Numbered from the stretch's first letter, positions 7,531 to 16,378 are shown. The stretch: 39,721 nucleotides of DNA from Solirubrobacterales bacterium (GCA_032119755.1 JAUMFR010000132.1:1-39721), one strand, 5' to 3'. Notes: a model not told the origin generated them from the letters alone. Numbers and translations are program-made.

Positions 7531-8337
7531 TCAGCCGCCTATCGGCGCTCTCGGATTGGCTCCCCAGAAGACCAGTGTCCCCATCATCCCGATCACATGC
7601 ACTAAGACGATGTTAAGGACCATCGACTTCGCGGTGGCCGTTCCTACGCCCACCGGTCCACCGGATGCGGTGTAGCCGTAGTAGCAGCCAACCAACACGA
7701 TCACGAGTGCCATCGTCATCCCCTTGATCAGGCTGAACATCAGATCCCCGGGGTTCTGGAACATCCAGAAGATCAGGAAGTATCCGCCGGACGAGACATC
7801 GCCGATTTGCTCGACCACGGCGAGCCAACTTGCGAAGAATCCGATGCCGACCGCAGCGAGGTACATGAACGGGAAGACCATCATCGCCGCGAGCAGCCGG
7901 GTAGCCGCGAGGAAGGTAATGGGCGGCACGCCCATTACCTCGAGGGCGTCGATCTCGTCTGAGATGCGCATCGCCCCGAGCTCGGCCACGATCCCTGTTC
8001 CGACCTTGGCCGAGAGCATGTAGCCGAACGCGTAAGGCACTACCTCGCGGAGATCACACCAGGCGGCGAAAACGCCGGCGTAGGCTGGCGCACCCACAGA
8101 CCGGTTGAAGTAGGCACCCTCGATCCCACACTGGAGCCCTAGGATGAAGACGAGTCCCCAGATCACGATCGTCGATCCGAGGATCAGGATTCCAGCTTGG
8201 CGCAGAGCCTCACCGAAGAACTGGAAGACCCGACCCGAGAAGACCAGACCGATCACCCGGCCGCAGAAACCGAAGATCTCTCCGATCGAGTTCAGCCATC
8301 CCCTCGGGACCTCGAGCCAGGCGGACGATCCGTTCAC
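7531..8337 (-). CDS. yrbE: MlaE/YrbE-family ABC transporter permease (second copy)
   Basis: 268 aa, multi-TM, with the MlaE-like motif EIDALEVMGVPPITFLAATRLLA. The GTG start overlaps the upstream yrbE stop (GTGA, 8334-8337). Confidence 0.9.
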   Translation of the reverse strand: MNGSSAWLEVPRGWLNSIGEIFGFCGRVIGLVFSGRVFQFFGEALRQAGILILGSTIVIWGLVFILGLQCGIEGAYFNRSVGAPAYAGVFAAWCDLREVVPYAFGYMLSAKVGTGIVAELGAMRISDEIDALEVMGVPPITFLAATRLLAAMMVFPFMYLAAVGIGFFASWLAVVEQIGDVSSGGYFLIFWMFQNPGDLMFSLIKGMTMALVIVLVGCYYGYTASGGPVGVGTATAKSMVLNIVLVHVIGMMGTLVFWGANPRAPIGG

Positions 8338-9140
8338 TTGACCACCGAGAGGTCGGGGTTGGTTGCAAGCAGCGTCTGGGTGAACACGTAGTTGAAAGCG
8401 AAGACACCGAGGAAGGCGATCACCACCGCCTCGTTGACGGCCCGGCCCACCCCTTCAGCGCCACCCGATGCAGTCATCCCCTTATAGGAGCAGACCACGG
8501 CGATGATCGCTCCGAACAGCGTCGTCTTCAGGACCGAGCCCCAGAGGTCGGTGATCGAGGCGTTGTTGAAGAGCGTCGCGAAGAACCCGCCGAGCGGCTC
8601 GTTGTAGAGCAACTCCGCGCCGAGTCCCCCGATCACCCCGAAGATCAAGGCATATATGTCCATCAGACCGGTGATCAACATCAGCGCGAGGAACCGAGGC
8701 ACGACGAGGTTCTTGATCGGATCCACGCCCAACACCTGCAACGCGTCGAGCTCCTCGCGGATCTTGCGGGCCCCCAAATCTGCCGTTATCGCGGTGCCGG
8801 CCACGCCTGCGACTACCACCGCGGTGACGAAGGGTGCGAACTCGCGGACCGAAGCCAGGATGAAGAACCCGCCGAGACGATCGAGGGCGCCGAACAAGGA
8901 GAGGAAGTTCGCCGCCTGCAGTCCCGGCGCGCCGAACCCGAACGCGAGCGTCGAGATCATCATCGGAAACCAGCAGAGTTGCAGGGCGAACATGAACTGC
9001 CCGACGAACTCGCCGCCATAGGGATACGGGGGACGGACAGCAGACATCAGCGTCCTGCCGGTCAGGATCATTACGTCACCAACCTGCTCGAAAAGCGACT
9101 TGGCGGGCAGGAACGCCTTGTCTACTGCTGTCTTGAGCAT
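8334..9140 (-). CDS. yrbE: MlaE/YrbE-family ABC transporter permease (first copy)
   Basis: MlaE motif ELDALQVLGVDPIKNLVVPRFLA. I prefer ATG 9140 (MLKTAVDK...), which has GAGAGGAGAGA immediately upstream and gives 268 aa, the same length as the paralogue. The ORF track's GTG 9188 has no SD. Confidence 0.85.
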   Translation of the reverse strand: MLKTAVDKAFLPAKSLFEQVGDVMILTGRTLMSAVRPPYPYGGEFVGQFMFALQLCWFPMMISTLAFGFGAPGLQAANFLSLFGALDRLGGFFILASVREFAPFVTAVVVAGVAGTAITADLGARKIREELDALQVLGVDPIKNLVVPRFLALMLITGLMDIYALIFGVIGGLGAELLYNEPLGGFFATLFNNASITDLWGSVLKTTLFGAIIAVVCSYKGMTASGGAEGVGRAVNEAVVIAFLGVFAFNYVFTQTLLATNPDLSVVK

Positions 9141-9250
9141 TCTCTCCTCTCTTGCCGATACACCGGTCGGGGTACTCGACTCGAACACGGAAGGTTATTC
9201 CATCCTGTCGCCGATGCGTGCGGTGCGTGGAGGCCTCGAGCGTGCGTGGT

Positions 9251-9949
9251 ATGTTCAGCCGCGTGAACGAGGCGCTCCCACCAGAAACGACTGCATCCCG
9301 TTCTCACAGGCCCTGGCCCGGGTTGGCTGTCACGGCCGCACTGGCTCTGGCCGTTGCCGGATGCGGCTCCGGGGGAGAGAGACAGGACGCCGACGAACCC
9401 AGCGGAGAGTTCCCGGTCGAGGTGCTCGAGGTGAAGTTGCCGGAGAAGCAGAAACTGGCCGAGACCTCGAACCTCGTACTCGAGGTCCGCAACTCCGGCT
9501 CGGAGACGATTCCCGATCTGGCGGTGACGATCAACACGCGTTCCTCTGACCTGACGGCTGAAGATGCCGGGGTCGCCAACGGTTCCTTCTCGATCAGGAC
9601 GGACCGCGAGGATGTCGCGGTCAAGACACGTCCCGTATGGATCCTCAATGCCGACTGGCCGAAGCTGAACGGCAGCGACACCTCGGCGGGAGCGCAACGG
9701 GCACAGACGAACACCTACGCCTTCGGCGAACTCGCGGCGGAAGAGACAGCCACGATGACCTGGAACCTGAACGCGGTAGCGACGGGCAGTTATACGGTCG
9801 CGTGGGTGCTCTCGGCCGGACTCGACGGGAAGGCCGAGGCGGTCGACGCCATCGGAGAGCCGGTTCAGGGAGAGATCACGGTCGAGATCAGCGGCAAACC
9901 GGCGAAGCTCCGAGTCGACGCTCAGGGCAACGTGGTACCGGTACCTTAG
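9251..9949 (+). CDS. secreted lipoprotein, predicted beta-sandwich, unknown function
   Basis: ORF 9152..9949 trimmed to ATG 9251. The signal peptide carries a lipobox: PGLAVTAALALAVAG|CGSGG. The mature part has alternating beta-strand-like patterns (LVLEVRNSGSETIPDLAVTI, ATMTWNLNAVATGSYTVAWVL). No MCE/MlaD motif. Confidence 0.65.
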   Translation: MFSRVNEALPPETTASRSHRPWPGLAVTAALALAVAGCGSGGERQDADEPSGEFPVEVLEVKLPEKQKLAETSNLVLEVRNSGSETIPDLAVTINTRSSDLTAEDAGVANGSFSIRTDREDVAVKTRPVWILNADWPKLNGSDTSAGAQRAQTNTYAFGELAAEETATMTWNLNAVATGSYTVAWVLSAGLDGKAEAVDAIGEPVQGEITVEISGKPAKLRVDAQGNVVPVP

Positions 9950-9973
9950 GCAACCCGAAGTGTTCAAGAGGCG

Positions 9974-11161
9974 ATGAACGAGAACCAGTCCTGCTGCAGG
10001 CCGACGCTCCCTCTCCCGATCTTCCTCCTCGCCCTTGCGGTGGGAGTTGTCGTCGGCCTCGTGATCTCGTTTACCTCCGGGAGTCCGGGGCAAGAGGCAG
10101 CTCAGGCGGCGGGATCGCTTCAGCTCAAGCGCATCGGGAACTTCCAGGGACCCGTTTACGTGACCCAACCGCCGCAGGGCGGAAACGTCTACGTGGTCGA
10201 GCGCAAAGGGCGTGTGAGGGTAGTCCGCAAGGGCAAGACCCTCGAGCGGCCACTCTTCGATATCTCCGATCGAGTGGAGAGCGGCAATCTGGAGCAGGGA
10301 TTGCTCTCGATCGCATTTGCGCCGAACTTCCGCACCTCGAGGCTGCTCTACGCGTACTACACGACCAAGTCCGGCGATCAGCTGGTGGTCGAGATGCGCG
10401 CCAACGATCGGGGCACCCGAACGGTCGGGGCTCCCCGTGAAGTGCTGCGGATGAGCGACCCCGGGGTGAGCCACAACGGAGGCCTGCTGCAATTCGGCCC
10501 CGATGGCCTGCTCTACATCGGAACGGGTGACGGTACGGCTCCCGGAGATCCGCTCCGCACGGCACAGGATCTTGACAGCTTGCTCGGGAAGATCCTCAGG
10601 ATCAACCCCCGGCCCTCGGGAGGGGCCCCCTACTCCTCCCCTGCCTCGAACCCGTACGTCGGGACCGCGGGTCTGGATGAGATCTTCGCTTACGGTCTGC
10701 GAAACCCTTGGCGGTTCAGTTTTGAGCCGAAGCGAGACCTGATCGCGATCGGTGATGTCGGCCAGAACGAATTCGAAGAGGTCAACGTGCTGGCCAGAAC
10801 GACCGCCAAGGGCGGGAACTTCGGCTGGTCGGCATACGAGGCGTTGAGCAGGTTCAACCTCGACCAAACGGCAGAGGATCGAATCGATCCGGTGGTGTCG
10901 TACGACCATGACAACGGCTGTTCAGTCACCGGCGGTTACTTCGTCGACGACCCCGAACTTCCGGCCCTCCGAAATCGATACCTGTACGCCGACCTCTGCA
11001 CCGCGAGGATCCGCAGCTTCAAGTTCTCGAACGGATCGGTCAACGACGCCCGCACCGAGGATTTGAGCGCCGGACAGGTGGTCTCGTTCGGGCGGGGATC
11101 CAAGGGGCAGATCTGGATCGCCTCGATCACCGGGCCGGTCTACCGGATCAAGCAGGGCTGA
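9974..11161 (+). CDS. PQQ-dependent (soluble glucose/sorbosone dehydrogenase, YliI-like) beta-propeller sugar dehydrogenase, membrane-anchored
   Basis: N-terminal TM (LPLPIFLLALAVGVVVGLVISF). Family motifs: GLLSIAFAPNF, HNGGLLQFGPDGLLYIGTGDG, LLGKILRINP, YGLRNPWRFSFE, GDVGQNEFEEVN, NFGWSAYE. Confidence 0.85.
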   Translation: MNENQSCCRPTLPLPIFLLALAVGVVVGLVISFTSGSPGQEAAQAAGSLQLKRIGNFQGPVYVTQPPQGGNVYVVERKGRVRVVRKGKTLERPLFDISDRVESGNLEQGLLSIAFAPNFRTSRLLYAYYTTKSGDQLVVEMRANDRGTRTVGAPREVLRMSDPGVSHNGGLLQFGPDGLLYIGTGDGTAPGDPLRTAQDLDSLLGKILRINPRPSGGAPYSSPASNPYVGTAGLDEIFAYGLRNPWRFSFEPKRDLIAIGDVGQNEFEEVNVLARTTAKGGNFGWSAYEALSRFNLDQTAEDRIDPVVSYDHDNGCSVTGGYFVDDPELPALRNRYLYADLCTARIRSFKFSNGSVNDARTEDLSAGQVVSFGRGSKGQIWIASITGPVYRIKQG

Positions 11162-11208
11162 ACAGTAGGCGGGCGTCTCCCCGATTGGGGAAACTGCCTG
11201 CTCACGCA

Positions 11209-12636
11209 ATGACCGAGCGCAGGAAGAAACCCGCATCTGGAAAAGGGAAGCGTCCCGCATCGAGGACGAAGTCCCGGCGATCCGGCCCTGCCGGGAAGTC
11301 TGCGAAGAGCGGAACCGGAAAGTCGACGGCACGACGCCAGCCTTCGCGCCAGCGCAAGCCGACCAAGCCGGCGAGTTGGCTCGACCGGGCCCGACTCTGG
11401 GCAACCGCCGCGGCGCGGGATCTGCGTAGCCCGAGCCGCAAGCAACTGGAGTTCGCCGGTCTGATCCTGCTGGTATCGATCCTCGGAATCACTGGAATCG
11501 TGATTCGGGCCACCCGGGAGAGCGGCACCAAGGTAATGGCTCTCGAGAAGGTCGGGAACTTCGACGACCCCGTGGGGATCGTCCAACCCCCGGGACACAG
11601 CCAACTGGTCGTGGTGGAGAAAGCCGGTGAACTCCGGGTGCTCGACGGCGGCGTGACCCTCGCCGATCCGATGCTCGACATCCGGAAGCTGGTCAAGACC
11701 TCGGGGAGGGGTGGCGAGCAGGGGATGCTCTCGGTCGCCTTCCCTGGCAACTTCGCCAAGACCAATCGCTACTACGTCTCGTTCACCGACCGTCGCGACG
11801 ACCTCCGGATCTTCGAGTACCGGGTGCGAGACACTGGACAGCTGGTAACCGAACCCGGCAGCGGAAGGGAGATCCTGACCGTGCCCCAGCCGACCACTCA
11901 GCACCACTCGGGCCGCCTCGAGTTCGGGCCGGACGGCTTCCTCTACATCGGCTCAGGCGACGGTGGTCCGTCGGGAGACCCGGCGAACGTCTCGCAGGAT
12001 CGGCGGAGCCTCCTCGGGAAGTTGCTCCGGATCGATCCCTCACGCACCACCGGGCGTAAGGGGAAGCGCAACTGGCAGGCGTATCGATCGCCCAAGAGCA
12101 ACCCATACGTTGGGATTCCGGGCAGAGACGAAATCTACTCGTCCGGGCTGAGGAACCCCTGGTCGTTCAGCTTCGACCGCTCCACCGGAGCGCTGGTGGT
12201 AGGCGACGTTGGCAACTCGAGATTCGAGGAGGTCAACTACCTGCCGGCCGGTGGAGGCCTCGGAGCGAACTTCGGCTGGGCGGCATACGAGGGCACCGCC
12301 GTATTCAAAGGAGGCGTGGCGCGATCCCAGACCGTAACGCCGGCAGTCGTCTACCCGCACGGCCCTGCCTGCTCGGTGATCGGTGGATATGTGGTGCGCG
12401 ACCCCAGGTTGTCGCGGATCGCGGGGCCGGAGGTGGTCGGCTCGGTCGTCTTCGGTGATTTCTGTACGGGGAAGGTCTATGCCTTCGTGCCGAGGTTCGG
12501 CCCGGCGAAGAAGGTCCAGGGACTCAGGTTCAAGATCCGTGGACTCTCGGGTTTCGGCCAGGATCGGTCCGGAAGGATCTACCTGATCTCGCTCGAAGGC
12601 GGAATCTGGAGACTGACCGCGAAACGGAAGGGCTGA
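11209..12636 (+). CDS. second PQQ-dependent sugar dehydrogenase paralogue with a basic cytoplasmic tail and a TM anchor
   Basis: Same motif set as the first copy: GMLSVAFPGNF, HHSGRLEFGPDGFLYIGSGDG, LLGKLLRIDP, SGLRNPWSFSFD, GDVGNSRFEEVN, NFGWAAYEG. It is preceded by a K/R/S-rich tail of roughly 70 aa and the TM LEFAGLILLVSILGITGIVI. Start is ATG 11209, or TTG 11185 as in the ORF track. Confidence 0.85.
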   Translation: MTERRKKPASGKGKRPASRTKSRRSGPAGKSAKSGTGKSTARRQPSRQRKPTKPASWLDRARLWATAAARDLRSPSRKQLEFAGLILLVSILGITGIVIRATRESGTKVMALEKVGNFDDPVGIVQPPGHSQLVVVEKAGELRVLDGGVTLADPMLDIRKLVKTSGRGGEQGMLSVAFPGNFAKTNRYYVSFTDRRDDLRIFEYRVRDTGQLVTEPGSGREILTVPQPTTQHHSGRLEFGPDGFLYIGSGDGGPSGDPANVSQDRRSLLGKLLRIDPSRTTGRKGKRNWQAYRSPKSNPYVGIPGRDEIYSSGLRNPWSFSFDRSTGALVVGDVGNSRFEEVNYLPAGGGLGANFGWAAYEGTAVFKGGVARSQTVTPAVVYPHGPACSVIGGYVVRDPRLSRIAGPEVVGSVVFGDFCTGKVYAFVPRFGPAKKVQGLRFKIRGLSGFGQDRSGRIYLISLEGGIWRLTAKRKG

Positions 12637-12651
12637 GAACAGCCCTTCCGT
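12624..12651. terminator. perfect 12-bp stem / 4-nt loop hairpin between convergent genes (no U-tract)
   Basis: ACGGAAGGGCTG-AGAA-CAGCCCTTCCGT. I checked all 12 pairs by hand. It overlaps the TGA stop (12634-12636) of the dehydrogenase gene. A second, imperfect hairpin follows at about 12652-12680. It lacks a T-run, so it is an I-shaped terminator at best. Confidence 0.4.
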
Positions 12652-12702
12652 CTGCAGCCGGGACTGAGGTCCGGCAGGGCCCCTACGCCCGGTGCATGAG
12701 TC

Positions 12703-13077
12703 TCACTCGGGCATCTCCGATTCCTCATGTGCTTGAAGGACCTCCTCGCCGCTCTCGCCGGTCCTGATCCGGACCGCATCCTCGACCGGCAGGATGAAGA
12801 TCTTGCCGTCGCCGACCTCCCCGGTCTGAGCGTGCGCGAGGATCGAGTCCACCACCGTCTTGACGTCGCCGTCCGAGACCACACACTCGATCTTCAACTT
12901 CGGCCGCACGTTCACCTCGAGCGTGGACCCCCGGTAGGTCTCGACCACTCCCTTCTGTCTGCCTGATCCCTTGACCTCGGTGATCGAGAGGGATGGGAAG
13001 CCTTTGTCGAGCAGCTCAGTCCTGATCGGCTCGAAGGACTCGTGGCGAATGAATGCTTCGATCTTCTTCATCGTCAT
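12703..13077 (-). CDS. glnK: P-II nitrogen regulatory protein (GlnK, amt-linked)
   Basis: MKKIEAFIR..., T-loop GSGRQKGVVETYRGS with the conserved Tyr, and GDGKIFILPVEDAVRIRTGE. ATG 13077 overlaps the amt stop (ATGA). ATG 13071 is an alternative start. Confidence 0.9.
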   Translation of the reverse strand: MTMKKIEAFIRHESFEPIRTELLDKGFPSLSITEVKGSGRQKGVVETYRGSTLEVNVRPKLKIECVVSDGDVKTVVDSILAHAQTGEVGDGKIFILPVEDAVRIRTGESGEEVLQAHEESEMPE

Positions 13078-14498
13078 GCCGCCTTTCCGGTGATGTTGCT
13101 TGACTTCGACGGAGACGCATCCGCGGCCATCGCGACCGGAGTGCCCGCGACGTGTGGCGCATGATCGGCCACGGGGTATTCGGGCTGTGGAATGAACGCC
13201 TCCGGGTATCCGTACATCCCGTGCGAGGAGATGTCCAGACCGCTCTCCTCGTGACCTTCGTCGACCCTGAGACCGATCGTGCGCTTGATCGCCCAGAATG
13301 CCGCCAGCGAGAGGGCAAACACGACCACGAAGGTCCCGACCACGCCGACCGCCTGGACCCCGAGCTGTCCGAAGCCAGCGCCGACCGACTCGTCGCCGAA
13401 CAAGCCGTACCAGACACCCGCGCTGGCGGTGTCACCCACGAGGCGAGGCGAGGCGAACAGCCCTACGGCAAGGGTTCCCCAGATCCCCGCGAGCCCGTGA
13501 GCGGAGAGCGCTCCTACCGGATCGTCGAGCCGCTTCTCGATCTGGAGCACTCCGACCACCACCACGATCCCCGCGATGAACCCGATCACCGGGGCGGCCC
13601 AGTACTCGACGTAACCGCAACCGGCGGTGATGCCGACGAGGCCCGCGATCGCGCCGTTGCCCGCCATTCCTACATCGACCGTCTTGGTCATTAGCCAGCA
13701 GGTGAGCAGCGCACCGAGCACGCCCGCAGCGGCACCGAGCTGGGTGTTGAGCGCTACCTCGGCGAAGAAGACACCGTCGGTGACCAGGGCGGACCCCCCG
13801 TTGAATCCGAACCAGCCGATCCAGAGCAGCATCACACCCAGCCCCACCAGCGGCATGGAGTGTCCCGGGATCGCCCGGGGCGAGCCGTCAGGCCCGTACT
13901 TGCCCTTCCGTGATCCGAGCAGGAGCAAGGCTGCGAACGCGGCGGTAGCGCCGGTCAGGTGGACCACGGAGGACCCGGCGAAGTCGAGTACCTCCTTGCC
14001 GCCGATGTCATCGAGCAGTCCGAAGCCGGACCAGACGCTGTGCGCGATCAAGGGGTAGATCAGGGCCCCGAAGATCACTGCGAAGATCGCGTAGGGCGCG
14101 AACTTGATCCGCTCCAGTGTTGTGCCCCAGACGATCGCGAGAGAAACCGCGCAGAAGGCGAGACCGAAGAGGAAGCTGTTGGCGGCGACACCGTCGTTGG
14201 TCACCTCTCCAACCTGCTGGCCGAAGTGGAAGAAGAAGCCCTGATCACCGAACACCGCACCTCCAGACGCGGAATTCACCGCATAGCCGACCGCCCACCA
14301 GGAGAGGGTCACGACCGCGAAATTGACCAGGATCTTCCCGACTCCGGTTCCTGCGTTCTTGCGTCGCGAGAAGCCTATCTCCAGGAACATGAACCCCGCC
14401 TGCATCAGGAATACCAAGATGCAGGACACGATTATCCAGAGGTTGTCGAGCTCGATATCCAGGTTCACAACCTGCTTGCCCACCTCAGCCGATGTCAT
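13074..14498 (-). CDS. amt: ammonium transporter (Amt family)
   Basis: 474 aa, about 11 TM, with Amt signatures (LVFLMQAGFMFLEIGF, AGSSVVHLTGATAAFAALLLLG, GWFGFNGGSAL, HGLAGIWGTLAVGLFA). GGAGG lies 7 nt upstream of the ATG. Confidence 0.95.
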   Translation of the reverse strand: MTSAEVGKQVVNLDIELDNLWIIVSCILVFLMQAGFMFLEIGFSRRKNAGTGVGKILVNFAVVTLSWWAVGYAVNSASGGAVFGDQGFFFHFGQQVGEVTNDGVAANSFLFGLAFCAVSLAIVWGTTLERIKFAPYAIFAVIFGALIYPLIAHSVWSGFGLLDDIGGKEVLDFAGSSVVHLTGATAAFAALLLLGSRKGKYGPDGSPRAIPGHSMPLVGLGVMLLWIGWFGFNGGSALVTDGVFFAEVALNTQLGAAAGVLGALLTCWLMTKTVDVGMAGNGAIAGLVGITAGCGYVEYWAAPVIGFIAGIVVVVGVLQIEKRLDDPVGALSAHGLAGIWGTLAVGLFASPRLVGDTASAGVWYGLFGDESVGAGFGQLGVQAVGVVGTFVVVFALSLAAFWAIKRTIGLRVDEGHEESGLDISSHGMYGYPEAFIPQPEYPVADHAPHVAGTPVAMAADASPSKSSNITGKAA

Positions 14499-14581
14499 TC
14501 ACGAGCCTCCTTTTCTGCGCACGTCGTGCCGTTGCCGGATTACCTGATCTTCAGTGGTCGACGGTATTGAGAGGCCACGCC

Positions 14582-14595
14582 CGTCCATATGGACG
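14582..14595. promoter_or_regulatory. 14-bp perfect palindrome CGTCCATATGGACG in the amt / aldehyde dehydrogenase divergent intergenic region (candidate operator)
   Basis: Read directly from the sequence; its reverse complement is identical. It is the only perfect palindrome of 12 bp or more that I found in this ~270-bp divergent promoter region. The regulatory role is inference. Confidence 0.3.
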
Positions 14596-14764
14596 CATGT
14601 CGGAAATCCCGTCTTGACGATTGTCCGAAGTGAAACCACGCCTGAGCAAGCGACCGAGGCGTGGGGGACGACACACAGCGGCCAGATAGGGCGATATGGT
14701 CAGCAAGGTGACGAGGGTCCGATCGGGCCCTTTTGGCAGCAGCGCCAACGAGAGGAGAGAGAGA

Positions 14765-16345
14765 GTGGAGACCTCGACGACCAGCACCGGTGCCTCATCC
14801 GGGCAAGCCCATGGAGGAAATGGAAGCTCGTCGGCAGCGACTCAGATCGAGGTCCGCAAACCCACCGACGGAACGCTGATCGGAACCGTCCCCCTCGACG
14901 ATCGGGAGGCAGTTCAGGCAGCTGTCGCCCGGGTCCGCTCCAACCAGCCGGCCTGGGAGGCACTGGGGATCAAGGGTCGACGGAAGTACCTGTTCCAGCT
15001 GCGGGACTGGCTGCTCGATCACGAGGACGAGATCGCAGACCTGATGCAAGCCGAGACCGGCAAGGTGAGAGCCGACGCGAGCAGCGAGACGGTCTACCTC
15101 GCCGACCTGATCAACTTCTACGGCAAGAAGGCGAAGAGGTTCATCGGAGAGGAGAAGGTCTCAGCCCCTTCGCCCCTGATGAGCGTCAAGAAGCTGAGGG
15201 TCCAGCACCGCCCTTACGAAGTGGCGGGTGTGATCAGCCCGTGGAACTTCCCGTTGATCCTCTCACTCGGTGATGCCATACCCGCCCTGATCGCCGGCTG
15301 CGCGGTTGTGATCAAGCCTTCCGAGCTCACTCCCCTTGGTCTCCAGCGGGTGCTGAAGGCATGGAAGGAGGAGATCGGCGCCCCGGACGTGCTCGAGGTG
15401 GTGAACGGCCTCGGCGAGACAGGCTCGGCTCTGGTGGACGAGGTCGACTTCGTTCAGTTCACCGGTTCGGACAGGACCGGCAAGAAGGTGATGGCCCAGG
15501 CCGCAGAGAAGCTTACGCCCGTTTCGCTCGAACTTGGCGGGAACGACGCGATGATCGTGCTCGACTCAGCCAAACTCGACCGCGCGGTAAACGCCGCCAC
15601 ATGGGGATCGTTCCTGAACACCGGCCAGGTCTGCATGTCGGTAGAGCGCATCTATGTGGCCGATACCCTCTACGACGAGTTCGTCGAAAAGCTGACCGAG
15701 GAAGTGAACGAACTCCGGCAGGGCGAAGACGATACGAAATATGGTGCCGAGGTGGGCGCCATGACCTTCGCCCCGCAGATCGACATCTGTACCGATCACA
15801 TAGAGGATGCGAGGAAGAAGGGCGCGCGAATCCTCACCGGTGGCGAGGGACGCGAGGATCGACCCGGGCAGTGGCTCAGGCCGACCGTGATCGCCGACGC
15901 CTCGCCCGAGATGGAGGTCGTCAAGGAGGAGTCATTCGGGCCGGTCGTGGCCGTGATGAAGGTCCGCGACGCAAATGAAGCCGTCGAGCGAGCAAACGCT
16001 AGCAGGCACGGTCTGACCGGTTACGTGTTCGGCAAGCGGTCAGAGGCCGAAGCGGTCGCGAGACGCCTCGAGGTCGGAGCTGCCTGCGTGAACGACGTCC
16101 TGATCAACTTCCTCAATCCCGCCGTTCCGATGGGCGGCTGGAAGGACAGCGGTATCGGCTTCCGGCATGGGGCTTCCGGCATCAAGAAGTTCGTGCGCTC
16201 GGAGTCGCTGGTCATCAACCGCTTCGGTCAGGGACCGGGCAGGGATCCGTTCTTCTTCCCATATACGCCGGAGCGACGGGCGCTGCTCAACCGGATCTTC
16301 CGGTTCTTCGGTGCGCGGGATCTGCGTCGCAAACTCGGCAAGTAG
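14765..16345 (+). CDS. NAD(P)-dependent aldehyde dehydrogenase (succinate-semialdehyde dehydrogenase-like)
   Basis: ALDH motifs: VISPWNFPL, FTGSDRTGKKV, catalytic Glu in LELGGND, catalytic Cys in GQVCMSVERIYV, and EESFGPV. Preferred start is GTG 14765 (GGAG 7 nt upstream). The ORF track's ATG 14696 adds 23 aa. Confidence 0.85.
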   Translation: METSTTSTGASSGQAHGGNGSSSAATQIEVRKPTDGTLIGTVPLDDREAVQAAVARVRSNQPAWEALGIKGRRKYLFQLRDWLLDHEDEIADLMQAETGKVRADASSETVYLADLINFYGKKAKRFIGEEKVSAPSPLMSVKKLRVQHRPYEVAGVISPWNFPLILSLGDAIPALIAGCAVVIKPSELTPLGLQRVLKAWKEEIGAPDVLEVVNGLGETGSALVDEVDFVQFTGSDRTGKKVMAQAAEKLTPVSLELGGNDAMIVLDSAKLDRAVNAATWGSFLNTGQVCMSVERIYVADTLYDEFVEKLTEEVNELRQGEDDTKYGAEVGAMTFAPQIDICTDHIEDARKKGARILTGGEGREDRPGQWLRPTVIADASPEMEVVKEESFGPVVAVMKVRDANEAVERANASRHGLTGYVFGKRSEAEAVARRLEVGAACVNDVLINFLNPAVPMGGWKDSGIGFRHGASGIKKFVRSESLVINRFGQGPGRDPFFFPYTPERRALLNRIFRFFGARDLRRKLGK

Positions 16346-16378
16346 TCGACTCCTGCCGAAAGCGAAAGTAGGAGAGGC

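Noticed and set aside
9251-9949. The lipoprotein next to the yrbE operon as the missing MCE/MlaD substrate-binding protein.
   Set aside because: It has no MlaD/MCE-like beta-barrel motif and no N-terminal TM of the Mce type. At about 230 aa it is short for an actinobacterial Mce protein, and it is divergently transcribed. A functional link remains possible but is unsupported.
14499-14700. GlnR or AmtR boxes upstream of amt.
   Set aside because: Only loose partial matches are present, such as GTGAAAC and TTGAC. No a-site/b-site pair has the correct 6-nt spacing, and there is no CTAT-n6-ATAG.
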